Position numbers and translations under genes: made by a program. A model generated the notes under the pieces. That model saw only the letters and a program-made list of their open reading frames with translations. It did not search any database and was not told where the DNA came from. DNA of 60,054 bases from Acidimicrobiales bacterium. GTDB taxonomy: Bacteria; Actinomycetota; Acidimicrobiia; Acidimicrobiales; JAUJNH01. This document shows positions 51,040 through 59,817 of the stretch, one piece after another. Position 1 is the stretch's first letter. The number at the start of each line of letters is the position of its first letter. Location of the stretch: contig JBBSHS010000003.1 in the NCBI GenBank assembly GCA_038232515.1, positions 1 through 60,054 on the forward strand, read 5' to 3'.

Positions 51040-53775
51040 ATGAGCGACGGCATGATCTTCGACGGCTTCTCCCACCAACTCCCCGACACCGACCCGGCCG
51101 AGACCGAGGAGTGGCTCGACAGCTTCGACGCCGTCGTCGACGCCCGTGGTCGCAAGAGGGCCCGCTTCCTGCTCATGAAGCTCCTGGAACGGGCCAAGAG
51201 GGCACAGGTGGGGTTCCCGGCCACCGTGTCGACCCCGTACGTCAACACGATCCCGCCGGAGTACGAGCCCTGGTTCCCGGGTAACGAGGACCTGGAGCGC
51301 CGCATCCGGGCCTACATCCGGTGGAACGCGGCGGTGATGGTGGTGCGGTCGAACCATCGCAGCGAGGGCATCGGCGGCCACTTGGCCACCTTCGCCAGCT
51401 CGGCCAGCCTGTACGAGGTCGGCTTCAACCACTTCTTCCGGGGCAAGGATGATGGCGGCTTCGGCGACCAGGTCTACTTCCAGGGCCACGCCGCACCCGG
51501 CATCTACGCACGCGCCTATCTGGAGCGGCGCCTGGACGAGGACGACCTCGACGCTTTCCGGTTCGAAACGGCCCGGCCCGGTCGGGGCCTGTCCAGTTAC
51601 CCCCACCCACGGCTCATGCCCGACTTCTGGGAGTTCCCCACCGTGTCGATGGGTCTCGGGCCCATCAACGCCATCTATCAGGCCCGCTTCAACCGCTACC
51701 TGCTGAACCGGCGCATCGCCGACACCTCCGACGCCAAGGTCTGGTGCTACGTCGGCGACGGCGAGGTGGACGAGCCGGAGACGCTGGGGGCGTTGTCGAT
51801 CGGCGCCCGCGAGCAGCTCGACAACCTCGTCTTTGTCGTGAACTGCAACCTGCAGCGCCTGGACGGGCCGGTACGGGGAAACGGAAAGGTCATCCAGGAG
51901 CTCGAGGCCGCGTTCCGGGGCGCGGGCTGGAACGTCATCAAGGTGGTCTGGGGCTCCAAGTGGGACGAGCTCCTGGCCAAGGACACCGACGGGGTGCTGC
52001 TCAACAAGATGAACGACACCGTCGACGGCGAGTTCCAGAACTACGCCACCAAGGACGGTGCCTACATCCGCGAGCAGTTCTTCGGGCCTGACCCCCGGCT
52101 GCGCAAGCTGGTCGAGCACCTGTCCGACGACGAGCTGCGCAACCTGCCCCGCGGCGGCCACGACTACCGCAAGCTGTACGCCGCCTACAAGGCGGCCGTG
52201 GAGCACGAGGGCAGCCCCACGGTCATCCTGGCCAAGACCATCAAGGGATGGACGCTGGGCCCGGACATCGAGGCCCGCAACTCCACCCACCAGATCAAGA
52301 AGATGACCAAGCCGCAGCTACGCATCCTGCGCAACCGGCTCAACCTCGAGGACGAGATCCCCGACGCCGTGCTGGACGTCGAGAACCCGCCCTACTACCG
52401 CCCGCCGGAGGGTTCGGACGCCGACGAGTACCTGCTGGCCCGTCGGCGCATGCTGAACGGCTCGCTGCCCAAGCGGGTCGTGCGCCGGGCGTCCCTGCCC
52501 CAGCCGGCCGACACGGTGTTCTCAGAGTTCGACGCCGGGTCCAAGAACCGTTCGGTGTCCACCACCATGGCGTTCGCTGTGCTCCTGCGCAACCTGCTGC
52601 GGGACGAGAAGGTGGGCTCTCGCGTCGTTCCCATCATCCCCGACGAGGCCCGCACGTTCGGCATGGACGGGCTGTTCTCCGAGGTCAAGATCTACGCCCC
52701 GTTCGGCCAGAAGTACGAGCCGGTCGACGCCGGCATGCAGTTGTCCTACCGCGAGAGCCAGCAGGGACAGATCCTCGAGGAGGGCATCAGCGAGGCCGGC
52801 TCGATGGCCAGCTTCACCGCCGCAGGCACGGCCTATGCCACCTGGGGCCAGCCCATGATCCCGTTTTTCATCTTCTATTCGATGTTCGGCTTCCAGCGCG
52901 TGGGCGATCTCATCTGGGCCTTCGGCGACCAGCGGGGCCGGGGGTTCCTACTGGGCGGCACGGCCGGGCGCACCACCCTCAACGGCGAGGGACTCCAGCA
53001 CGAGGACGGCCACAGCCTGCTTCTGGCCTCCACCGTCCCCAACGTGCAGGCCTACGACCCGGCGTTCGCCTACGAGACCGCCATCATCGTCAAGGCGGGC
53101 ATCCGTCGGATGTACGGCGCCGATCCCGAGGACGTCTTCTACTACCTAACCCTCTACAACGAGAACTACGTGATGCCGGCCCGACCTTCCCACCTGTCGG
53201 CCGGGGAACTGGACGAAGGGGTGCTGCGCGGCCTCTATCTCTTCGCCCCGGAACCGGCCACGGACGAGGGCAATCCCGGTCGCGGCGCCACCATCCTGTT
53301 CTCCGGCTCGGCCCAGGGGGCGGCCCTGGAGGCCCAGCGCATCCTCGCCGATCAGTACGGGGTGGCCGCGTCCTGCTGGTCGGCCACCTCCTACAAGGCG
53401 CTGCGGGAGGACGCGTTGTCGGCCGAGCGCTGGAACCGGCTCCATCCGGGCGAGCCCGCCCGCGTGCCATACGTCACCGCCGCGCTGAGGAACGCCGACG
53501 GGCCGGTCGTGGCCGTCACCGACTTCATGAAGTCGGTACCCGACCAGGTCGCCCGCTTCGTCCCCCACCGCTTCATCGCGCTGGGCACCGACGGCTTCGG
53601 CCGATCGGACACCCGGGAGGCACTGCGCCGCCACTTCGAGATCGACGCCGCCCACGTGGTGGTGGCTGTGCTCGACGGCCTGGCCCAGGCCGGTGAAGCC
53701 AAGGCCGACGAGGTGGCCGACGCCATCGCCAGCTTCGGCATAGACGCCGACGCCATGGATCCCCGAGAGGCCTGA
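51040..53775 (+). CDS. aceE: Pyruvate dehydrogenase E1, homodimeric type
   Basis: GIGGH, FQGHA.PG, GDGE.DEPE TPP motif, GRTTLNGEGLQH, LGTDGFG.SD. Start ATG 51040 or 51052. Confidence 0.96.
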   Translation: MSDGMIFDGFSHQLPDTDPAETEEWLDSFDAVVDARGRKRARFLLMKLLERAKRAQVGFPATVSTPYVNTIPPEYEPWFPGNEDLERRIRAYIRWNAAVMVVRSNHRSEGIGGHLATFASSASLYEVGFNHFFRGKDDGGFGDQVYFQGHAAPGIYARAYLERRLDEDDLDAFRFETARPGRGLSSYPHPRLMPDFWEFPTVSMGLGPINAIYQARFNRYLLNRRIADTSDAKVWCYVGDGEVDEPETLGALSIGAREQLDNLVFVVNCNLQRLDGPVRGNGKVIQELEAAFRGAGWNVIKVVWGSKWDELLAKDTDGVLLNKMNDTVDGEFQNYATKDGAYIREQFFGPDPRLRKLVEHLSDDELRNLPRGGHDYRKLYAAYKAAVEHEGSPTVILAKTIKGWTLGPDIEARNSTHQIKKMTKPQLRILRNRLNLEDEIPDAVLDVENPPYYRPPEGSDADEYLLARRRMLNGSLPKRVVRRASLPQPADTVFSEFDAGSKNRSVSTTMAFAVLLRNLLRDEKVGSRVVPIIPDEARTFGMDGLFSEVKIYAPFGQKYEPVDAGMQLSYRESQQGQILEEGISEAGSMASFTAAGTAYATWGQPMIPFFIFYSMFGFQRVGDLIWAFGDQRGRGFLLGGTAGRTTLNGEGLQHEDGHSLLLASTVPNVQAYDPAFAYETAIIVKAGIRRMYGADPEDVFYYLTLYNENYVMPARPSHLSAGELDEGVLRGLYLFAPEPATDEGNPGRGATILFSGSAQGAALEAQRILADQYGVAASCWSATSYKALREDALSAERWNRLHPGEPARVPYVTAALRNADGPVVAVTDFMKSVPDQVARFVPHRFIALGTDGFGRSDTREALRRHFEIDAAHVVVAVLDGLAQAGEAKADEVADAIASFGIDADAMDPREA

Positions 53776-53866
53776 CCCGTCGTCCCGTCGGCGCCGGCCC
53801 TGCCGATGGCGGGCCACCAGGCGGTGACGGGTGCGGGACCGGTGATCGCGCCTAGCTTGACCGCAC

Positions 53867-55183
53867 ATGCCTGCCCGACGCCGCGAGCTTCGACCCGTGG
53901 CCAGGGCAGCCATCGGGCTCGCAGTGGTCACCAGCATGTTCGCTCTGGCCGCTCCGGCGGAGGCGGCCCCCAATGCAGGGGGGCCAGCCAGGCCCGGCGT
54001 ACTGGCGGCATCCACCTCCACCACCCGCCCGGCCGGCGCCACCACCACCCGCCCGGCGGCCACCACCACCACCCTGCCGCCGCCGCTGCCGGGGCCACCC
54101 ATAGCCGGACCGCCCATACCGCCGACGATCCCCGGCGCGCCGCCGACAACACAGGCCCCCCCGCCTGACCCGACTCCGATCCTCAACGCCGTACAGGCGG
54201 GCATGGCCCGGCTCGACGCTCTGGGCCGGGTGCAGGCGGACAAGACCGTGACCGCTACGGCCGACGGCACCGTCGCCACCGCCGACGCCCAGGCCCAGCA
54301 GGCGTCCCAACTGGCCACGTCCACCCGCGACACGGCCCAGCGTGACATCGTCGCCTACCAGGCGAAGGTGGCCCGCATCGCCACCGCCGTGTACGCCAAC
54401 CCGGCGCTGTCCCTGCCGCCGCCCCCGGGGTCCCAGGCTCCCGACATCGACACGTCCGTGGTGCTCCCAGTCGTGTTCAAGGGCGTGAAGCAACGGCTCC
54501 ACGACGCCCATGCCCAGCTGGCCGAAAGCGTCAACATGGCGGCCCGGGCGGCGGAGCTGGCCAAGGTGGCGGCCGCCGCCCATGCCCAGGCCAACGCTGC
54601 CCGCGCCGCGCTCAACCACGACATGGCTCTGGCCCGCGGCACCCCGGCGATCTTCAGCATGGGCGGGCCCAGCATCATGGGGCCGCTGACGGTGACGGGC
54701 CCCGAAATGGCCGGCTGGTTCACCGCCATGGGCCACCACGTCGCCACCCAGGCGACGATCATCGACCTGGCCAACGCCTACGCCGCGCAGGGCATGGCGA
54801 CGGGGGTCAGGGCCGACATCGCGTTCGTCCAGTCCATCCTGGAGACGGGCTGGTTCTCGTTCCCCGCCGGTGGCCAGCTGGACCCGGGCGACAACAACTT
54901 CGCCGGCATCGGCGCCTGCGACAGCTGCCACCACGGCTGGGCCTTCAAGGACACCACCACCGGTGTCGAGGCCCAGCTCGAGCTTCTGCGGTCGTACGCG
55001 TCGACTCAACCGGTGCCCACACCGGCCCTCGGCAAGGTCGGCGTCCACGGCTGCTGCCCCACCTGGATGTCCCTGACCGGGGTGTGGGCCACCAGCCTGG
55101 CGTACGGCGTCTCCATCCTCGGCCTCTACCAGCAGCTACTCGAATGGGTCATCCCCCAACGGGCGGCGGCCGCCGGCGCCTGA
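53867..55183 (+). CDS. Secreted GH73 glucosaminidase-domain protein (autolysin-like)
   Basis: Signal peptide, Thr/Pro linker, coiled coil, QSILETGW, NNFAGIGA, WAT...YG. Confidence 0.85.
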   Translation: MPARRRELRPVARAAIGLAVVTSMFALAAPAEAAPNAGGPARPGVLAASTSTTRPAGATTTRPAATTTTLPPPLPGPPIAGPPIPPTIPGAPPTTQAPPPDPTPILNAVQAGMARLDALGRVQADKTVTATADGTVATADAQAQQASQLATSTRDTAQRDIVAYQAKVARIATAVYANPALSLPPPPGSQAPDIDTSVVLPVVFKGVKQRLHDAHAQLAESVNMAARAAELAKVAAAAHAQANAARAALNHDMALARGTPAIFSMGGPSIMGPLTVTGPEMAGWFTAMGHHVATQATIIDLANAYAAQGMATGVRADIAFVQSILETGWFSFPAGGQLDPGDNNFAGIGACDSCHHGWAFKDTTTGVEAQLELLRSYASTQPVPTPALGKVGVHGCCPTWMSLTGVWATSLAYGVSILGLYQQLLEWVIPQRAAAAGA

Positions 55184-55242
55184 TCCGCTCGCTGTCCCGG
55201 CCGCAGCTTTCAGGAGCCCGGCGAATGTGCGACGATCCGCGC

Positions 55243-55839
55243 ATGCCCACCGTGCACCTCTCGTTGAGCCAGGACGCCGCCGCCGATGCACTGTTGTCCA
55301 AGGACCCGCTGGCCCTGCTCATCGGCATGGTGCTCGATCAGCAGGTCCCCCTGGAAAAGGCGTTCCGGGGGCCGTACGACCTGAAGGAACGGCTGGGCGT
55401 GACCAAGCTCGACGCGGCCACGTTGGCCGGCATGGACGCCGACGACCTGACCGCCGCCTTCGTCGCCCAGCCCGCCCTGCACCGGTACCCGGCGGCCATG
55501 GCCAAACGGGTGCAGGACCTGTGCGCGGTGGTCGCCGGCGAGTACGGCGGCCGGGCCGACCGGTTGTGGAAGACAGCCCCCACGGGTGCGGAGCTGTTGC
55601 GCCGGGTGCAGGCCCTGCCCGGGTTCGGCGAGCACAAGGCCAGGATCTTCGTGGCCCTGCTGGGCAAGCAGCTGGGGGCTCGACCGCCGGGTTGGCGCGA
55701 GGCCGCCGGCCCGTACGGGGAGGAGGCGTCCCACCGCTCGGTGGCCGACATCACCGGACCGGAGTCGCTCAGCCGGGTCCGCGCCCACAAGCAGCAGATG
55801 AAGGCGGCGGCCAAGGCGAGGGCGGCTGCCCAGCCGTGA
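55243..55839 (+). CDS. HhH-GPD family base-excision repair-like protein
   Basis: LLIGMVLDQQVP.E.AF.GP, LHRYP..MA, LPGFG..KA.IF.ALLGK, RSVADI. Confidence 0.9.
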   Translation: MPTVHLSLSQDAAADALLSKDPLALLIGMVLDQQVPLEKAFRGPYDLKERLGVTKLDAATLAGMDADDLTAAFVAQPALHRYPAAMAKRVQDLCAVVAGEYGGRADRLWKTAPTGAELLRRVQALPGFGEHKARIFVALLGKQLGARPPGWREAAGPYGEEASHRSVADITGPESLSRVRAHKQQMKAAAKARAAAQP

Positions 55840-56036
55840 ACGTGGTGGCCAACGGCGAGCGGGTCGAGGTGGGCGACGGGGCCACGGTCGAGGATCTGCT
55901 GGGCCTGCTCGGGCTCGGGGCCAGGTGGGTGCTGGTGGAGCGCAACGGCGAGCCGGTCGACCGCTCCGACCTGGCCACCACTGCGCTGTGCGAGGGCGAC
56001 CGACTGGAGCTGGTCAGAGCGGTGGCCGGTGGCTGA
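55836..56036 (+). CDS. thiS: Sulfur carrier protein
   Basis: GTGA overlap with the upstream stop; VERNGE, GDRLELVRAVAGG C-terminus; 66 aa. Confidence 0.93.
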   Translation: MNVVANGERVEVGDGATVEDLLGLLGLGARWVLVERNGEPVDRSDLATTALCEGDRLELVRAVAGG

Positions 56037-56733
56037 GGCCCTGCGCCCTCCGAGGGCGACCGACGACCCGACCAGCTCCCCCGCCCGGCCCGTCCACCCC
56101 AAGCTGGTCGGGCGCCGGATGTACCTGTGCACCCCCGACCGCCCCGACCTCCTCGCCTTCGTCACCGCCTGCGTCGAGGGAGGGGTCGACCTCGTGCAGC
56201 TGCGGGACAAGGTCCAGGAGGCGGGGCCGCTGCTGGAAAAGGCCGCCCTCCTGTGCGCCCGGTGCCGAGAGCTCGGGGTGCCTTTCATCGTGAATGACAG
56301 GCCCGACATCGCCGTGGGCTGCGGCGCCGACGGGGCCCACGTCGGCCAGGACGACGTCCCGCCGGCGCTGGCCCGGCGCATCCTCGGCCCCGACGCCGTC
56401 ATCGGCCTGTCGACGCACGGGCCGGCCCAGCTGGCGGCGTCGGTCGACGAGCCCGTCGACTACGTGTCGGCCGGCCCGGTGGAGGCCACGCCCACCAAGC
56501 CAGGCCGGCCAGGCGTGGGCCTCGGCTACGTCACCCAGGCGGTGGCCGGGGCGGGCCGCCCGGTGTTCGTCACCGGCGGGGCCAACCCGACCACGGTGGC
56601 GGCCATCGTCGCCGCCGGCGCCCACCGGGTGGTGGTGGTGCGCTGGCTCACCGAGGCCACCGACCCGGGCGCCGCCGCCCGGGCCCTGCGCACCGCCCTC
56701 GACCGGGCCCTCGCGCCCGCCAGCAGACGATGA
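56029..56733 (+). CDS. thiE: Thiamine-phosphate synthase
   Basis: VQLRDK, VNDRPD, HVGQDD, GLSTH, TPTKPG. Confidence 0.94.
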   Translation: MAEALRPPRATDDPTSSPARPVHPKLVGRRMYLCTPDRPDLLAFVTACVEGGVDLVQLRDKVQEAGPLLEKAALLCARCRELGVPFIVNDRPDIAVGCGADGAHVGQDDVPPALARRILGPDAVIGLSTHGPAQLAASVDEPVDYVSAGPVEATPTKPGRPGVGLGYVTQAVAGAGRPVFVTGGANPTTVAAIVAAGAHRVVVVRWLTEATDPGAAARALRTALDRALAPASRR

Positions 56734-56783
56734 CGCTGCCACCCCGCCCGAGCAGGGCCGGAGGGCAGATCCCCTGCCGTGGG

Positions 56784-57560
56784 CTACCAGGCGGGAGCGC
56801 TCGCCTGACGTTCCAACCAGCCCAGCAGGATGGCCACGGCCCTGGGATCGTGGCGCAACTGGTGGCCGGCGCCGGTGATGATGCGCAGTTCGACCTGACC
56901 GTCGGCGGCGTCGGCCAGGGCCCGGGCGTCGACCATCGGAACCTCCTCGTCCTCTGCGCCGTGGACGAGGAGGATGGGCCGGGGAGGCACGGCCGGGATC
57001 TCGTGGATGGGACGGTAGTGGCGCAGCTCCTGCGACCAAGCGTCGAACTGGGCCGGCGAGTGCCGGGTGGCCAGCACCCCCACCGTGCGGGCGTGCTCGG
57101 CGAAGCGCCTGGGGTCCGACGCCCACTCGTCGAAGTCGGCCGGGGCACCGAAGGCGGCGACCCCCCGTACCCGTTCGTCCTGGGCCGCAAGGCAGATGGC
57201 GAGGGCGCCACCGGCGGCGAACCCGGCCAGCCACACCCCGGCGACATCCTGCTCGTTCAACAGCCGGTCTATCCCCGCACGCATGTCGGCCAGCCATCCC
57301 GACAGCGAGAACTCGCCTCCGCTGGCACCGGTCCCGCGCAAGGACAGGGCCAGCACCACCCAGCCGGCGTCGGCCGCCAGCCGGTCGGCCAGGTCGGGCA
57401 GGGTGGCCGCCGCCGTCGCCGCCCCCTTGGGCCCACTCGGGAAGCCGTGGGCCAGGACCAGGCCGCTCCGGGTGCGGTCGGCTCCGGCCGCCGACGCCTG
57501 GGGACGGGCGAGGTGGGCCTCCAGCACGATGCCGTCGCCCACCATGACCTGGGTCTCCAC
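56784..57560 (-). CDS. Alpha/beta fold hydrolase-like protein
   Basis: HGFP, RGTGASGG, GFAAGG elbow, VHGAEDEEVP, GAGH.LRH. Confidence 0.85.
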   Translation of the reverse strand: METQVMVGDGIVLEAHLARPQASAAGADRTRSGLVLAHGFPSGPKGAATAAATLPDLADRLAADAGWVVLALSLRGTGASGGEFSLSGWLADMRAGIDRLLNEQDVAGVWLAGFAAGGALAICLAAQDERVRGVAAFGAPADFDEWASDPRRFAEHARTVGVLATRHSPAQFDAWSQELRHYRPIHEIPAVPPRPILLVHGAEDEEVPMVDARALADAADGQVELRIITGAGHQLRHDPRAVAILLGWLERQASAPAW

Positions 57561-57604
57561 GTCAGGCGGCCGGCGGCTGGGCCGCCGTCACCGGCGCGGC
57601 ACCG

Positions 57605-57799
57605 TCACCCGTGCCGCCGATAGCCCCGGTTGCGGGCCTCGGGGAGGGTGTCGGGACCGAAGGAGGCGAACTGCCCGGACGTCATGAGCTCGTCGACCAC
57701 CGCCTGCTCCAGTTCGGCGTCCTCCAGGTCGTGGACGACCAGGCTGCGTTTGTCACCGAGCCATCGATGGTGCCCGAAGCGGGCAGGTCGCCGGGCCAT
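57605..57799 (-). CDS. Conserved small hypothetical protein (64 aa)
   Basis: MARRPARF..GDKR..VVHDL...FGPDTL.EARNRGYR; ATG lies 6 nt after TACGCT. Confidence 0.75.
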   Translation of the reverse strand: MARRPARFGHHRWLGDKRSLVVHDLEDAELEQAVVDELMTSGQFASFGPDTLPEARNRGYRRHG

Positions 57800-57825
57800 C
57801 ACCGGAGCGTAGGGCCCCGACGCGA

Positions 57826-57857
57826 CGTAGGAGCCTCCGGTTGTGGAGGCTCCTACG
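57826..57857 (-). terminator. 13-bp perfect hairpin ending the upstream structured RNA
   Basis: CGTAGGAGCCTCC-ggttgt-GGAGGCTCCTACG; no U-tract. Confidence 0.75.
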
Positions 57858-58047
57858 CCAGAGACTGCTGGAAAGGCGAATGGGCGTCGGCACTGCGGCG
57901 AGCGGGACCGGCTCTCGCCGCCGAAGACCAAGGGTGACTGGTGGAGATTCACCAGGTGGTCCAGCGGCCACGAACTAGTGGCCAGCCACCTCCAGGGTCC
58001 CGAACAGCTGATCACTGTGCAGTTGGACCACCTCCTTTCTCTGGTAC
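57826..58047 (-). ncRNA. Putative structured RNA (6S-sized or sORF-containing regulatory RNA)
   Basis: 5'/3' end complementarity, two interleaved long-range stems, three local hairpins, terminal hairpin, and lower GC with no long coding frame. Confidence 0.6.
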
Positions 58048-58115
58048 TGCAAGTACATCACAATCGCGGCCCGAAGTGGTGGTGATTCGCCATGATCCGA
58101 CGGACAGAGGCGGAC

Positions 58116-58559
58116 CTACGGGGCCCGGTCCTCGGGGGGAGCCTCGGGCCCGATGGCCTGGATGGCCCGGAGGTAGCCGAGCTGGGCGTCGAGGACGGCG
58201 TGGGCCTGGCGGGGGGAGATGTCCAGGCCGGCCGAGCGGGCTCTGTCCAGCACGAAATCGACCGTCTCGGCCCCTCCCACGACGATACGCCCGTCGGTCC
58301 GGGGACCGGACCCGTTGCCGGTCGGGCCCCTGGATCGGAAGAACTCCAGGTTCCAGTCGATGACCTGGCGGACCTCGTCGTGGCTGAGCACGGCCGACAC
58401 CTCAAAGGGAAGGTGGTCGGCCACCCAGCCCACGGCCTCGTCCAGGTCGAAGACGGGCCTGGGGGGCACGGCATCGAGGCGCCTCGCCTCCCGCCCGATG
58501 ACGGCGGCGGCGATGACCAGGACGATGGCGATGACCAGGACCACGTACACGACGACCAC
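58116..58559 (-). CDS. Conserved hypothetical membrane-anchored protein
   Basis: N-terminal TM, REARRLD, EAV.WVADHLP, YLRAI.AIG; GTG lies 6 nt after TAACGT. Confidence 0.8.
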   Translation of the reverse strand: MVVVYVVLVIAIVLVIAAAVIGREARRLDAVPPRPVFDLDEAVGWVADHLPFEVSAVLSHDEVRQVIDWNLEFFRSRGPTGNGSGPRTDGRIVVGGAETVDFVLDRARSAGLDISPRQAHAVLDAQLGYLRAIQAIGPEAPPEDRAP

Positions 58560-58726
58560 GCCGCGACGTTATGCGTGCCGGAGACGGCACGGCGCACAGA
58601 ACGGACCGGCTCGTGACCCGGTCAGACGCCGTTGGGCCGGGCTGCTCGGCCGGGGTGGTGGACGGCGTGGCTCAGCACGACATCCCACCTTGCGGAAAGC
58701 GCGTCACCATCCGCCAGACTGGCGCC

Positions 58727-59344
58727 ATGGCCACCCCCGTGGAGTTGCGCTGGTCCGACGCCGACGCCGAGGTGCACAGCCTGGTCGTAGGGCCCATGGA
58801 CAACAACGTGTACATCGTGCGGGACAGACGTTCGGGCCAAGCCGTGCTCATCGACGCCGCCAACGAGCACGAACGCCTGCTGGAACTGTGCCGGACGATG
58901 GGCGTGCGCCGGGTGCTGGAGACCCACGGCCACTGGGACCACATCCAGGCCGTGCCCGCCATCCGCGACGCCGGCTACGACGTGGCCGTGACCCGGGCCG
59001 ACGCCGCCATGCTCCCGTCCTACGACTCCCTGCTGGAGGACGACCAGGTCGTCGAAGTCGGCGGACTGAGGCTGCGGACGGTCCTCACCCCGGGGCACAC
59101 GCCCGGTTCCGTCTGTTTCCGCCTCGAGGGCACGCCCCTGCTGTTCTCGGGCGACACGCTGTTCCCCGGCGGCCCCGGCAACACCACCTTCGCCGGTGGT
59201 GACTTCGACACCATCATCGCCTCGCTCGACGGGCGGCTGTTCCGCCTGCCGGACGACACCGTGGTCCTGCCCGGCCACGGTGGCGACACGACCATCGGCA
59301 CCGAGCGCCCCCATCTGCCGGAGTGGATCGAGCGGGGCTGGTAG
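58727..59344 (+). CDS. MBL fold metallo-hydrolase
   Basis: THGHWDH, TPGHTPG, FSGDTLF, PGHG. Confidence 0.93.
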   Translation: MATPVELRWSDADAEVHSLVVGPMDNNVYIVRDRRSGQAVLIDAANEHERLLELCRTMGVRRVLETHGHWDHIQAVPAIRDAGYDVAVTRADAAMLPSYDSLLEDDQVVEVGGLRLRTVLTPGHTPGSVCFRLEGTPLLFSGDTLFPGGPGNTTFAGGDFDTIIASLDGRLFRLPDDTVVLPGHGGDTTIGTERPHLPEWIERGW

Positions 59345-59351
59345 ACCCGAC

Positions 59352-59744
59352 ATGGGAGACATCGCCCTGCCCTACGACCAGCGCCCGGTCGACGACCGTC
59401 CCATCCACACCGCCGACCTGCCACCCACCCCGCAACGGGACCGCAACATCGTCGCCGTCGCCTGGGTCGAGGCTCCTCCCGAGCTCGTCCACCTGGGCGA
59501 TGACCTCTGCCAGCCCCAGGTCGACTACAAGCGCCGCATCGGCCGCTGGCTGCTGTGGCGGGCCGGGCCGGCCACCAAGGCCGACGCCCGCTACATGGCC
59601 CTGGCCGCCGACGACCTCGCTGAGCGCTGGACGTTCCGGCTGTTCGCCGACGGCCACGGCGAGGGCGAAGGGCCCAGCGGCCTGGTCCACACCCGCTTCC
59701 GGGCCTGGAAGGAAGACCTCCGCGACCACGGCGGAAGTTCCTGA
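59352..59744 (+). CDS. Conserved hypothetical protein
   Basis: GC3-rich ORF with YKRRIGRWLLWRAGPA and HTRFRAWKE.L motifs. Confidence 0.75.
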   Translation: MGDIALPYDQRPVDDRPIHTADLPPTPQRDRNIVAVAWVEAPPELVHLGDDLCQPQVDYKRRIGRWLLWRAGPATKADARYMALAADDLAERWTFRLFADGHGEGEGPSGLVHTRFRAWKEDLRDHGGSS

Positions 59745-59817
59745 TCGACCGCAACGGCCTCAGGCCGGGTCGACGGTTCTCCACCGGCGCTCTTGGCAGG
59801 GCCCGCCTCGGCGTCGA

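Noticed and set aside
57826-58047. tRNA, tmRNA, SRP or RNase P identity for the structured RNA
   Set aside because: No T-loop/CCA end, no SRP GGAA-loop core and no RNase P conserved regions; the size does not fit tmRNA.
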